A stretch of DNA of 64,000 nt from an uncultured virus (IMG/VR IMGVR_UViG_3300051212_001283) (Duplodnaviria > Heunggongvirae > Uroviricota > Caudoviricetes), in IMG/VR virus record IMGVR_UViG_3300051212_001283, one strand, 5' to 3'. The notes below the pieces were generated by a model that was not told the origin of the DNA, ran no database searches, and saw only the letters and a list, made by a program, of their open reading frames with translations. The position numbers and the translations under genes are program-made. Below are positions 30,817 through 40,968 of this stretch, one piece after another. The first letter of the stretch is position 1; every line of letters begins with the position of its first letter.

Positions 30817-32337
30817 ATGAGTTGGTCTGACAAATATAAAAGATCAATTGATTGTGACAATCCAAAAGGATTTTCGCAAAGAGCTCACTGTCAAGGTAGA
30901 AAGAAAAAATTGAAAGAACAATTAAAACCATACAAGACTGTTGAACAGATTGCTAAGAAGCATCGTCTTGATGTTTCTTTCATTCAAAAACAACTTGATA
31001 TGGGAGAACCAATTGAGCATGAGCACACCAAAGACCATAAATTGGCGATGGAGATTGCTCTTCAACATTTAGATGAAATTCCAGATTATTATACTCGTCT
31101 TAAAAAAATGGAAGCGTCTGCTAAAAAAGAACATAAGAAGTTCAAAGATGTAAAAATGAATGAAGAAGGTCTTCGTGATTGGTTTGGAAAATCTAAATCA
31201 AAAGATGGTAAATCTGGTTGGGTTAATGTTGTAACTGGTGGAACTTGTGCAAGTGATGAACCTGGAGAAGGAGTTCCTAAGTGTGTCTCTTCCGAAAAAA
31301 GAGCGAGCATGACACCAGCACAAAGACGATCTGCTGCAAGACGAAAAAAAGCAGCAGATCCTGGACAACAAGAAAAAACAGGTGCGGCAAAACCAACTTA
31401 TGTCTCAACAGATTCAAAGAAAAAAATGAAAGAAGAATTAGACTTACAAGAAGTTAAAGATAAACCAGGTAAAGGTAGTGGAACTAAAGATGCTTGCTAC
31501 CATAAAGTAAAATCAAGATATGATGTTTGGCCAAGTGCATATGCATCAGGAGCACTGGTCAAGTGTCGTAAAGTTGGTGCTGCAAATTGGGGAACTAAGT
31601 CTGAAGCAATGGAAATGGTTAGATATTGTCCAAAGTGTCAAAAAGATGAAACTAGAAATGAGTGCAAGTATGGTGGAAAATATTGGGATATGTTCTCCAG
31701 ACCTTCTGCTTTAACCACAAATCAATTGAAATATAATATTGCAACTGTCCATCCTGGCAATTTTCCAGAATCTTATGATCATGAACATTCGATGGCCCGC
31801 TCCGAATTATCTACAATTATCGCTGCAGCAAAAAGACTTCGTAAAAAAATGAAAGGTGAGGGAAATATTGAAGCATGGGTGCAGTCAAAGATTACTAAAG
31901 CAGCAGATTACCTAGATTCTGCTGCAGATTATGTTGATAGTGGTGAGATGAGTGAGGCAAAGAAGTGCTGGCCAGGATATAAGAAAAAGGGAACTCAAAA
32001 ATTATTTGGAAAAACTTATAATCGTTGCGTTAAGGCAGAAGAGTTCTCTAATTGGAGATCAGATTTTGGATTATCTGAAGATTGGCAATCAGTAAATCGT
32101 AAAGATAAAACTGATGGTTTGAGTCAGAAAGCAGTTAATGCTTATCGTCGTGAAAATCCAGGTTCAAAACTTCAGACTGCAGTTACTGAAAAGAAACCAA
32201 AGGGTAAAAGAGCAAAGCGTCGTGCATCTTTTTGTCGTAGGATGAAAGGTATGAAGTCTAAACTAACTTCAGCAAAGACATCCAGAGATCCAGATTCAAG
32301 AATCAACAAAGCACTCCGTCGTTGGAACTGTAACTAA
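30817..32337 (+). CDS. modular basic protein, putative internal head protein
   Basis: 506 aa of short Cys/Lys-rich modules separated by xxE/EE linkers; TAAATA at 30788-30793. Confidence 0.7.
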   Translation: MSWSDKYKRSIDCDNPKGFSQRAHCQGRKKKLKEQLKPYKTVEQIAKKHRLDVSFIQKQLDMGEPIEHEHTKDHKLAMEIALQHLDEIPDYYTRLKKMEASAKKEHKKFKDVKMNEEGLRDWFGKSKSKDGKSGWVNVVTGGTCASDEPGEGVPKCVSSEKRASMTPAQRRSAARRKKAADPGQQEKTGAAKPTYVSTDSKKKMKEELDLQEVKDKPGKGSGTKDACYHKVKSRYDVWPSAYASGALVKCRKVGAANWGTKSEAMEMVRYCPKCQKDETRNECKYGGKYWDMFSRPSALTTNQLKYNIATVHPGNFPESYDHEHSMARSELSTIIAAAKRLRKKMKGEGNIEAWVQSKITKAADYLDSAADYVDSGEMSEAKKCWPGYKKKGTQKLFGKTYNRCVKAEEFSNWRSDFGLSEDWQSVNRKDKTDGLSQKAVNAYRRENPGSKLQTAVTEKKPKGKRAKRRASFCRRMKGMKSKLTSAKTSRDPDSRINKALRRWNCN

Positions 32338-32338
32338 A

Positions 32339-32653
32339 ATGAAATCCTTTAAACAGTTTATTTCTGAAAGCGTCAACATTTCTGGAGATTTCAATGGAAA
32401 TCTTTATATTAATGGATCTGAATCCCAATCACAACCAGTGGGTGAATCTTTTCTTGCTGATGTAGTTTGGCAGGGTAGATTATATCGTATGGAAGTTGAG
32501 GGTAAGATGATAGATAAAAATTCTTTGGCAGAGCAACTTCAGGGAGAATATCCTGGAGCAATTGTTCATAACATTTATCCAATATCACCAGATTCTATTA
32601 AAATTAAAAACGCACAAAGATACAGACCAGAAAGTTTAACTTGGAGTGATTGA
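32339..32653 (+). CDS. hypothetical protein with capsid-targeting-like N-terminus
   Basis: Starts MKSFKQFISE (T4 internal proteins start MKTYQEFIAE). Confidence 0.7.
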   Translation: MKSFKQFISESVNISGDFNGNLYINGSESQSQPVGESFLADVVWQGRLYRMEVEGKMIDKNSLAEQLQGEYPGAIVHNIYPISPDSIKIKNAQRYRPESLTWSD

Positions 32654-32656
32654 TTC

Positions 32657-33973
32657 ATGGCCCAGTGGAATAAGAATGAACAAGATTTCCTAAATCAGGA
32701 GAGAACTCTCTTTGAGGTTCCTCTAATTGCAACCAGAGATGGTAGAGTTGTTGATGAATACAATAGATTTCCAGTTAGCACAAATTCTGATGCTTTTGGA
32801 AGAACAAGAGTATCAAATCCACTCACACTTTTTGACTCTTCACACAGATACAGAGACAATAATCTGTGGACAAGTTTAATTGTTGGTACTGGTTCTACTG
32901 TAGGATTTGTAACTACACAAGGATTAATTAATATTGGTATTGGAACCACTGCTGGTTGTTCTGTAATTAGAGAAACTACCAAAACTTTTTCATATCAACC
33001 AGGAAAATCATTATTGGTGTTGAATACATTTGTTCCTGCACCACCAAAAGCAAATCTAAGACAACGAGTAGGATATTTTGGTGCAGATAATGGAATTTAC
33101 TTTGAAATTGCAGGAATTGGAAGCACCTCAATTGGTTTTGTAGAAAGAAGTTTATCATTAGCAACAGAAACAAGAGTCCCACAGACAGAATGGAATATTG
33201 ATAAATTAGATGGAACTGGTGTTTCTGGAATTACTTTGGATCCAACCAAAGCACAAATTCTATGGACTGATATTGAATGGTTAGGTCTTGGAACTGTAAG
33301 AGTTGGTTTTGTGATTGATGGTGTATTTGTTCATTGTCATTCATTCCATCACGCAAATGTAATTCAATCGACTTATATTACAACTGCATCATTACCTCTA
33401 AGATATGAAATTGCAAATACAGGTATAACCACAAGTTCAAGCACACTCAAACAAGTTTGTTCTACTGTAATTTCGGAGGGTGGTTATGAACTTCGTGGAT
33501 TACAACAGGCAATCGGTATTCCAATCAATACTCCAAGAACATTAGGAACTGCAGGAACATTTTATCCAGTAATCGGTTTGCGTCTCAAAACATCACCAAA
33601 TCGTTTAGATGCGATTGTAATTCTTACCGCACTTTCAATTATGCCAATTAGTACTGGAAACTTTAATTGGCAAATTAGAGCATCTGGAACTACTACTGAT
33701 GGAAGTTGGGTAAGTGCTGGTGTTGATAGTGCTGTTGAATATAACATTACTGGAACTTCTTATACTGATGGAAGAATACTTGCGAGTGGATTTTTCAATG
33801 CTTCAAATCAAGGAGCATCTCAAGTTGATATTCTCAAGGAAGCACTCTTCAAGTTTCAGTTGGAAAGAGACGGATTGACTTCAACTCCTTATGAACTCAC
33901 ACTTGTGATTGCTTCTGATAGTGCTGATGATACTGTTGTTGCTGCAATGGACTGGGAAGAAATTAGTAGGTAA
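32657..33973 (+). CDS. putative virion structural protein
   Basis: 438 aa, beta-rich; DAFGRTRVSNPLTLFDS, YQPGKS, EWLGLG; within the late cluster. Confidence 0.6.
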   Translation: MAQWNKNEQDFLNQERTLFEVPLIATRDGRVVDEYNRFPVSTNSDAFGRTRVSNPLTLFDSSHRYRDNNLWTSLIVGTGSTVGFVTTQGLINIGIGTTAGCSVIRETTKTFSYQPGKSLLVLNTFVPAPPKANLRQRVGYFGADNGIYFEIAGIGSTSIGFVERSLSLATETRVPQTEWNIDKLDGTGVSGITLDPTKAQILWTDIEWLGLGTVRVGFVIDGVFVHCHSFHHANVIQSTYITTASLPLRYEIANTGITTSSSTLKQVCSTVISEGGYELRGLQQAIGIPINTPRTLGTAGTFYPVIGLRLKTSPNRLDAIVILTALSIMPISTGNFNWQIRASGTTTDGSWVSAGVDSAVEYNITGTSYTDGRILASGFFNASNQGASQVDILKEALFKFQLERDGLTSTPYELTLVIASDSADDTVVAAMDWEEISR

Positions 33974-33979
33974 TTTATT

Positions 33980-35677
33980 ATGTCTGATAATGTTTATTTG
34001 GGAAATCCAAACCTTAAGAAGGCAAATACTCAGATTCAATTTACAGAAGAACAAATTATTGAGTTCTTAAAGTGTAAAGAAGATCCTGTATATTTTGCTA
34101 GAAATTATATTAAGATCGTGTCTCTTGATCACGGTCTAGTTCCTTTTGAGATGTATCCGTTCCAGGAGAAACTAATTCAAAATTTCCACGACAACAGATT
34201 TAATATTTGTAAGATGCCTCGTCAGACAGGTAAATCTACAACTTGTGTTTCATATTTGTTACATTATGCTGTCTTCAATGACAACGTTAATATAGCTATT
34301 CTAGCGAACAAAGCATCAACCGCAAGAGACCTACTTGGAAGATTGCAACTTGCTTATGAGAACTTGCCCAGGTGGATGCAACAAGGTATTATATCATGGA
34401 ACAAAGGATCTTTGGAATTAGAAAATGGCTCCAAAATTTCATCTAACTCTACTTCGTCATCTGCTGTCCGAGGCGGATCTTATAATGTCATCTTTCTTGA
34501 CGAGTTCGCTTTCATCCCGAATCACATTGCTGATGACTTCTTTGCCTCTGTTTATCCTACTATTTCTTCTGGACAAAGCACGAAGGTAATTATTGTATCT
34601 ACACCACGCGGTATGAATCACTTCTACCGTATGTGGCATGACGCAGAGCGCGGCAAAAACGAATATGTACCCACTGATGTCCATTGGTCTGAAGTGCCTG
34701 GTAGAGACGCTGCCTGGAAGGAGCAGACGATTGCAAACACATCCGAACAACAGTTCAAAGTTGAGTTTGAATGTGAGTTCTTAGGATCTGTTAATACTCT
34801 TATCAATCCAGCAAAACTAAGAAATTTAGTTTATGAAGACCCAATAAAAAGGAATGCAGGTCTTGACATTTATGAAAATCCAAAAGAAGAACATAATTAT
34901 CTCATAACAGTAGATGTTGCTCGCGGACTCGGTAATGATTACTCAGCATTCATTGTTTTTGATATTACAAACTTTCCATATAAAGTAGTGGCAAAATATA
35001 GAAATAATGAGATCAAACCAATGTTATTTCCAAGTGTTATTCACGAAGTGGCAAAAGGATATAATAATTCTTGGTTATTAGTTGAAGTTAATGATATTGG
35101 TGATCAAGTTGCAAATATTCTTCACTTTGATTTAGAATATGATAATGTCCTTATGTGTGCTATGAGAGGTCGTGCTGGACAAATTGTAGGATCTGGATTT
35201 AGTGGTAAGAAATCGCAACTTGGTGTAAGAACAACTGCAGCGGTTAAAAAGTTGGGATGTTCCAACTTAAAAACCTTAATGGAAGATGATAAATTACTGA
35301 CGGTAGATTATGATATTATTTCAGAATTAACAACATTTGCACAAAAACACAACTCCTTTGAGGCAGAAGAAGGATGTAATGATGATTTGGCAATGTGTCT
35401 GGTTATTTTTTCTTGGTTAGTTGCTCAAGATTATTTTAAAGAAATGACAGACAATGATGTTCGTAAAAGAATCTATGAGGAGCAAAAGAATCAAATTGAG
35501 CAAGATATGTCTCCATTTGGTTTTATTGCAGATGGATTGGATGATTTTAGCGTCACTATTGATGAAGAAACTGGAGATAGGTGGATATTTGCAGGAGCAA
35601 AAAATGAACAAAATCCATTAGAAGTATGGAATGTGGATGAATATGGCGATAGATCTTATATGTGGGATTATAGATAA
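33980..35677 (+). CDS. gp17: terminase large subunit gp17
   Basis: YLGNPNLK, PRQTGKS (Walker A), IFLDEFAF (Walker B), STPRG, VDVARG and NDDLAM nuclease motifs. Confidence 0.98.
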   Translation: MSDNVYLGNPNLKKANTQIQFTEEQIIEFLKCKEDPVYFARNYIKIVSLDHGLVPFEMYPFQEKLIQNFHDNRFNICKMPRQTGKSTTCVSYLLHYAVFNDNVNIAILANKASTARDLLGRLQLAYENLPRWMQQGIISWNKGSLELENGSKISSNSTSSSAVRGGSYNVIFLDEFAFIPNHIADDFFASVYPTISSGQSTKVIIVSTPRGMNHFYRMWHDAERGKNEYVPTDVHWSEVPGRDAAWKEQTIANTSEQQFKVEFECEFLGSVNTLINPAKLRNLVYEDPIKRNAGLDIYENPKEEHNYLITVDVARGLGNDYSAFIVFDITNFPYKVVAKYRNNEIKPMLFPSVIHEVAKGYNNSWLLVEVNDIGDQVANILHFDLEYDNVLMCAMRGRAGQIVGSGFSGKKSQLGVRTTAAVKKLGCSNLKTLMEDDKLLTVDYDIISELTTFAQKHNSFEAEEGCNDDLAMCLVIFSWLVAQDYFKEMTDNDVRKRIYEEQKNQIEQDMSPFGFIADGLDDFSVTIDEETGDRWIFAGAKNEQNPLEVWNVDEYGDRSYMWDYR

Positions 35678-35684
35678 GGGAATT

Positions 35685-35692
35685 TATAAATA
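35685..35692 (+). promoter_or_regulatory. T4-type late promoter
   Basis: Exact TATAAATA upstream of g18. Confidence 0.85.
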
Positions 35693-35728
35693 CTTTTAGA
35701 ATAATTCTGGTTAGTACGGAGAATAAAG

Positions 35729-37906
35729 ATGCCACTCAATTTAGCATCTCCTGGAATTGTAGTAAGAGAAATTGATTTAACAATTGGAAGAACTACTCCT
35801 TCATCTGACAAAATTGGTGCAATTGTAGCGCCCTTTGCAAAAGGACCAATTGATTCACCAACCTTAGTAGAAAATGAAAATGATTTACTCGTCAATTTTG
35901 GAGAACCATATTCAACAGACAAGCACTATGAGCATTGGTTGACTGCCTCTTCATACTTAGCGTATGGTGGTGCATTACGAGTTGTAAGAGCAAATGACAA
36001 CGATTTGAGAAATGGATTTGTTGGAACTACTTCCAGTGTAAAGATTGATAGCTTAGACCACTATAATGCTCTAGGGTATGACGAAAATACTCTTGCAGGT
36101 GTTGTAGTTGCAGCAAGAAACCCTGGTTCTTGGTCGAATGGAATCAAGGTTGGTATTATCGACTCTAAAGCAGATCAAATTCTTGTTGGAGTTACAACTT
36201 CGGTAGCATCCGGAATTACAACTATTCAAGTTGGATATGGTGTTACTCAATCTGTAGCAGGTAGAGTAAACCCTGGTGCAGGTAGCACCTCAGTTCTTGA
36301 TGGATATTTAAAAGGCATTATTACCGAAGTATCTGGTACTAATGTATATGTAAAAGTACTTTCTCACGTTTCCGCTGGAGGAACTGAAACTGAAGTAGAC
36401 TATCAACCATCTGGAATATATGCATTCTCTTCAACAGGAAGCGTTGCTATTCATGCAAACGGTGATACAGTAGCACTAGGAACCACTGGTTATACTTCAA
36501 GACTTGATTGGTTTGATCAACAAACACTAGGTCTCACAAGTACTTCAACTATTTCTTGGAATAATATCGCTCCAAGACCAGGAACATCTGCATATGCAGC
36601 AGCAAGAAATTCAAGATTTGACGAAGTTCATGTTGTAGTTATTGATTCATTGGGTACAGTAACTGGAAATGCAGGAACAATCCTTGAGAAGCATCTAGCA
36701 CTTTCTAAAGCATCCGATGCAGAATTCTCAGTAGGAAATCCTTCTTACTGGAGAAAGTATCTTGCAAATAATTCAGAATATATCTTCGGACTCAATTCCC
36801 CAACAGGAATTGTAACAACTGGATATAGTTCAGGTTTCAACTTAGAGTCTGATGTTGCTTGGAATCAAGGTGCAGATGGAATTACTTTTGCTGCTGCCGG
36901 ATCATCTACAAATACTTTAATAGGTGGTAAAGACTATAATGGTCAGGCAGGAATTACAACTTCCGGTGCTCTTACTGCAACACTTGCAGAACTTTCAGAT
37001 GGTTATGACTTATTTGAAAATACAGAAAACTTCAAGGTAGACTTCCTCCTAATGGGATCTGCTGCTTATAACATTAACGACGCACAAGCACTTGCAAACA
37101 AACTTATCTCAGTTGCTGAATTGAGAAAGGATGCTGTTGCATTTATTTCACCTTATAGAGGCGCTGCACTATCTGATACATCAAGTCAGACTGAAGTAAC
37201 AGTAAAATCTGCTGCCAATATTACCGAGAATCTAATTCAGTTTTATGCCCCCATTACATCATCTACTTATGCAGTATTTGATAGTGGTTACAAGTACATG
37301 TATGACAGATTCTCAAATACATTTAGATATGTACCTCTGAATGGAGATATTGCAGGTCTTTGTGCTCGTAACGATATCAACAACTTTGCTTGGTATTCTC
37401 CCGCAGGTACATCAAGAGGCGCTATCTTAAATGCTGTTAAACTTGCATACAATCCATCTAAAACTCAAAGAGATCGTCTCTACTCAAACAGAATCAACCC
37501 AGTAATCTTCTCACCAGGAGCAGGAATCATTCTATTTGGAGATAAAACAGGATTTGGTAAATCATCAGCATTTGATAGAATTAACGTCCGTCGCCTGTTT
37601 ATTTACCTTGAGAATGCAATTTCTCAAGCAGCGAAAGATTCTCTCTTCGAATTTAATGATGAAATTACAAGAACAAACTTTGTAAATACTGTTGAACCAT
37701 TCTTGCGTGATGTTCAAGCAAAGAGAGGAATTTTTGATTATGTTGTTATTTGTGATGAAACAAATAACACTGCAGCTGTAATCGACAACAATGAATTTGT
37801 TGCCGACATCTATATTAAACCTGCAAGATCAATTAACTTCATTGGTCTTAACTTCATTGCCACCAAGACTGGTGTTGACTTTGAAGAAGTAATCGGAAAC
37901 TTTTAA
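35729..37906 (+). CDS. gp18: tail sheath protein gp18
   Basis: SPGIVVREIDLT, WYSPAG..RG, FDRINVRRLF, IKPARSINFI. Confidence 0.97.
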   Translation: MPLNLASPGIVVREIDLTIGRTTPSSDKIGAIVAPFAKGPIDSPTLVENENDLLVNFGEPYSTDKHYEHWLTASSYLAYGGALRVVRANDNDLRNGFVGTTSSVKIDSLDHYNALGYDENTLAGVVVAARNPGSWSNGIKVGIIDSKADQILVGVTTSVASGITTIQVGYGVTQSVAGRVNPGAGSTSVLDGYLKGIITEVSGTNVYVKVLSHVSAGGTETEVDYQPSGIYAFSSTGSVAIHANGDTVALGTTGYTSRLDWFDQQTLGLTSTSTISWNNIAPRPGTSAYAAARNSRFDEVHVVVIDSLGTVTGNAGTILEKHLALSKASDAEFSVGNPSYWRKYLANNSEYIFGLNSPTGIVTTGYSSGFNLESDVAWNQGADGITFAAAGSSTNTLIGGKDYNGQAGITTSGALTATLAELSDGYDLFENTENFKVDFLLMGSAAYNINDAQALANKLISVAELRKDAVAFISPYRGAALSDTSSQTEVTVKSAANITENLIQFYAPITSSTYAVFDSGYKYMYDRFSNTFRYVPLNGDIAGLCARNDINNFAWYSPAGTSRGAILNAVKLAYNPSKTQRDRLYSNRINPVIFSPGAGIILFGDKTGFGKSSAFDRINVRRLFIYLENAISQAAKDSLFEFNDEITRTNFVNTVEPFLRDVQAKRGIFDYVVICDETNNTAAVIDNNEFVADIYIKPARSINFIGLNFIATKTGVDFEEVIGNF

Positions 37907-37925
37907 TTTAGAGGTTTAAACTACC

Positions 37926-38516
37926 ATGGCAACTAGACAACAATTAAATCCACCTCCACTAAGAAAGATTACTGACTTTAAAAGTAAGTTAACAGGTGGC
38001 GGTGCTAGAAGTAATCTCTTTGAGGTTGTTCTTTCATTCCCAGATATTGCACCAGCAGATACTAATGTTCTCGATAAAGCAAGATTTTTGGTAAAGGGTG
38101 CAAACTTACCAGCATCTAATGTAACTCCAATTGATGTTCCTTTCAGAGGTCGTACTCTAAAAGTCGCTGGTGACAGAACATTTGAAAGTTGGACAGTTAC
38201 AGTAATTAACGACACTGACTTTGCTATCCGTTCTGCTTTTGAGAACTGGATGAATAGAATCAATAGAGTTTCCGACAACACTGGAGAAACAGATCCAACA
38301 GCATACACAGCAGATGCTTTTGTTTATCAATTAGATCGTGACGGATCAACTCTCAGAGCATATCATTTCTATGATATTTTCCCAACTTCTATTGGAGCAA
38401 TTACTTTAGATTATGGCACTTCAAACATTCAAGAATTCCCTGTAGAGTTCCAAATCCTCTGGTGGGAAGCAATGAAAGGTGATTCACCTGCTGCAGGTGG
38501 TCAGGACATTAACTAA
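37926..38516 (+). CDS. gp19: tail tube protein gp19
   Basis: GGGARSNLFEV, VPFRGR.LKVAGDRTF..WTVTVIND. Confidence 0.96.
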   Translation: MATRQQLNPPPLRKITDFKSKLTGGGARSNLFEVVLSFPDIAPADTNVLDKARFLVKGANLPASNVTPIDVPFRGRTLKVAGDRTFESWTVTVINDTDFAIRSAFENWMNRINRVSDNTGETDPTAYTADAFVYQLDRDGSTLRAYHFYDIFPTSIGAITLDYGTSNIQEFPVEFQILWWEAMKGDSPAAGGQDIN

Positions 38517-38546
38517 ATAGTATATACAAGAATTTAAGTTTATAAA

Positions 38547-40244
38547 ATGGCGAAACTTTTTGGTTTTTCGATTGAGGATAACGAAAAAAAATCCAAATCT
38601 ATAGTCTCCCCCGTTCCTCCTAACAATGAGGACGGGGTTGATTATTTTATTCAATCTGGATTTTATGGACAATATGTAGATATTGAAGGTGTTTATAGAA
38701 CTGAATATGATCTAATTCGGCGTTATCGTGAAATGGCGCTCCATCCGGAATGTGATGGTGCAATTGAAAGTGTTGTAAATGAGGCAATCGTTAGTGATCT
38801 TTACGACTCACCAGTAGAAATTGAGTTATCAAACTTAAACGCAAGTGATCGTTTAAAAGAAGTTATCAGAGCGGAATTTAAATATATTAAAGAAATCATG
38901 GACTTTGATAAAAAGTGCCATGAAATTTTTAGAAATTGGTACATAGATGGGCGCTTATTTTATCTTAAAGTAATTGATCAAAAAAATCCTGAGGCTGGTA
39001 TTCAGGAGTTAAGATATATTGATCCAATGAAAATAAAACATGTCCGTCAGGAAAAAAAGACAGGCAATGAATTAGACGGTACAAGGAACTTAAACTTGTT
39101 ATCAAGATCATTTGGACAAGAGCAAGAATATAATTTTCCAGAAATTGAAGAATATTTTGTTTATACTCCTACTCCAAATTTTCCAGCAGGGACAATTAGC
39201 GGTGGATCTAAAAAAGGAGTTAAAATTGCAAAAGATTCAATTACATATTGTACGTCAGGTTTAGTTGATAGAAATAAAGGTACTATTCTTTCATATCTAC
39301 ATAAAGCAATTAAAGCACTCAATCAATTGAGAATGATTGAGGATTCTCTTGTAATTTATAGATTATCTAGAGCACCAGAGCGTAGAATTTTCTATATTGA
39401 TGTAGGCAATCTTCCAAAGGTAAAAGCAGAGCAATACCTTAAGGAAGTTATGTCTCGTTATAGAAATAAACTTGTATATGATGCAAATACTGGTGAAGTT
39501 CGTGATGATCGTAAATTCATGAGTATGCTTGAGGACTTTTGGCTTCCAAGACGTGAAGGTGGTCGCGGTACAGAAATTACCACACTTCCTGGTGGACAAA
39601 ATCTTGGTGAACTTACTGATATTGAATATTTTCAGAAGAAACTTTATAGAGCACTTGGAGTTCCAGAGACAAGAATTGCAGGTGGTGGTGATGGATTTAA
39701 TCTTGGAAGATCTTCTGAAATTTTAAGAGATGAATTAATGTTCTCAAAATTTGTTGGTCGTTTAAGAAAGAGATTTGCAAACCTTTTTAATGATATTCTT
39801 CGTACCCAATTATTATTGAAGAACATAGTTTCCCCAGAAGATTGGGAAAAAATGAGTGATCATATTCAATATGATTTCTTATATGACAATCATTTTTCAG
39901 AACTAAAAGAAGCAGAACTATTAACTAATAGATTAACTCTTGCAACTACTATTGAACCATATATTGGTAAGTATTATTCGACAGAATATGTTAGAAAGAA
40001 AATTCTTCGTCAAACTGATTCTGAAATTATCGAAATCGATCTTCAAATTGAGGATGAAATTTCCAAGGGTATTTTACCAGATCCAAATGCCCCTGTCGAT
40101 GAAATGGGAAATCCACTACCTCCAGCAGGTGAAGAGGGTGCAGGGCAGGCAATTGAACAAGGTGCGGGTGGTGAAGTTCCAATAGAACCAACCATAAATG
40201 CCTCAACAGTAGAGATACCAGAACCTAAGGGTGGAAAAATATAA
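38547..40244 (+). CDS. gp20: portal vertex protein gp20
   Basis: WYIDGR, NQLRMIEDSLVIYRLSRAPERRIFYIDVGNLPK, EDFWLPRREGGRGTEI; TAAATA 38514-38519. Confidence 0.98.
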   Translation: MAKLFGFSIEDNEKKSKSIVSPVPPNNEDGVDYFIQSGFYGQYVDIEGVYRTEYDLIRRYREMALHPECDGAIESVVNEAIVSDLYDSPVEIELSNLNASDRLKEVIRAEFKYIKEIMDFDKKCHEIFRNWYIDGRLFYLKVIDQKNPEAGIQELRYIDPMKIKHVRQEKKTGNELDGTRNLNLLSRSFGQEQEYNFPEIEEYFVYTPTPNFPAGTISGGSKKGVKIAKDSITYCTSGLVDRNKGTILSYLHKAIKALNQLRMIEDSLVIYRLSRAPERRIFYIDVGNLPKVKAEQYLKEVMSRYRNKLVYDANTGEVRDDRKFMSMLEDFWLPRREGGRGTEITTLPGGQNLGELTDIEYFQKKLYRALGVPETRIAGGGDGFNLGRSSEILRDELMFSKFVGRLRKRFANLFNDILRTQLLLKNIVSPEDWEKMSDHIQYDFLYDNHFSELKEAELLTNRLTLATTIEPYIGKYYSTEYVRKKILRQTDSEIIEIDLQIEDEISKGILPDPNAPVDEMGNPLPPAGEEGAGQAIEQGAGGEVPIEPTINASTVEIPEPKGGKI

Positions 40245-40247
40245 ATA
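40240..40247 (+). promoter_or_regulatory. T4-type late promoter
   Basis: Exact TATAAATA overlapping the g20 stop. Confidence 0.8.
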
Positions 40248-40272
40248 ACCTTATAATAATAAAACAATTTTT

Positions 40273-40440
40273 ATGGAAGAACTTATCGATTTGATTGCAA
40301 CTGATGGATCTCCATCTAATGTTTCTGATGCGATTAAACAATTACTTTATGCTAAGTCATCAGAAAAAATAGATTCTATTAGACCAGAAGTTGCATCAGT
40401 GATGTTTGGTGATTCAGATCAAGAAGGAGACAATGAATAA
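40273..40440 (+). CDS. 55-aa acidic protein, probable gp67-like prohead core protein (absent from ORF track)
   Basis: Hand translation MEELIDLIATDGSPSNVSDAIKQLLYAKSSEKIDSIRPEVASVMFGDSDQEGDNE*; at the g67 position after g20; TAATG overlap with next gene. Confidence 0.65.
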   Translation: MEELIDLIATDGSPSNVSDAIKQLLYAKSSEKIDSIRPEVASVMFGDSDQEGDNE

Positions 40441-40967
40441 TGGCAATAAAAATAGTTCAAAATGTAAATAGAATTTCTCCCACAGTTTCTGTTGCAGCAA
40501 CTAGTAACCCAATTGCTTTGAAAAGTGGATATATTAGAGTTGCTGCGGGGTTGACCGCCGTTTATGTTGAAACAGGTGGAAATCCTACCGTAACTAACAA
40601 TTCTTTTTATATTTCTCCTTTCGGAAATGAAGTATTAAAAGAAAGAATTGCTAGACAAAAAATTGCGGGAATTACGACTGGATCATCCACAGTTATTACA
40701 TTTCCAAATAATGCAGGTAATCCTTTTATTATTGGAGATTATGTAACTATTGAAAATGCACAACCAGCAGGAATAAATACTGTTCATCAATTAGTAACTG
40801 ACTTAACAGAAACCACTTTAACAATATCTGCAGATACATCATCTGTTGTTGGAGTAATTACTGTTACTGATGCAACAGTGTCAAGGAGTGTTAAAGTCGC
40901 CGCTCTTGCAGATAACGCAGCAACAAACTTATCAATCACAGAAGTAGTTCAACTAGTTTCCGAATAA
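40440..40967 (+). CDS. hypothetical, likely virion-associated protein
   Basis: 175-aa beta-rich ORF between g20 and g21. Confidence 0.65.
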   Translation: MAIKIVQNVNRISPTVSVAATSNPIALKSGYIRVAAGLTAVYVETGGNPTVTNNSFYISPFGNEVLKERIARQKIAGITTGSSTVITFPNNAGNPFIIGDYVTIENAQPAGINTVHQLVTDLTETTLTISADTSSVVGVITVTDATVSRSVKVAALADNAATNLSITEVVQLVSE

Positions 40968-40968
40968 A

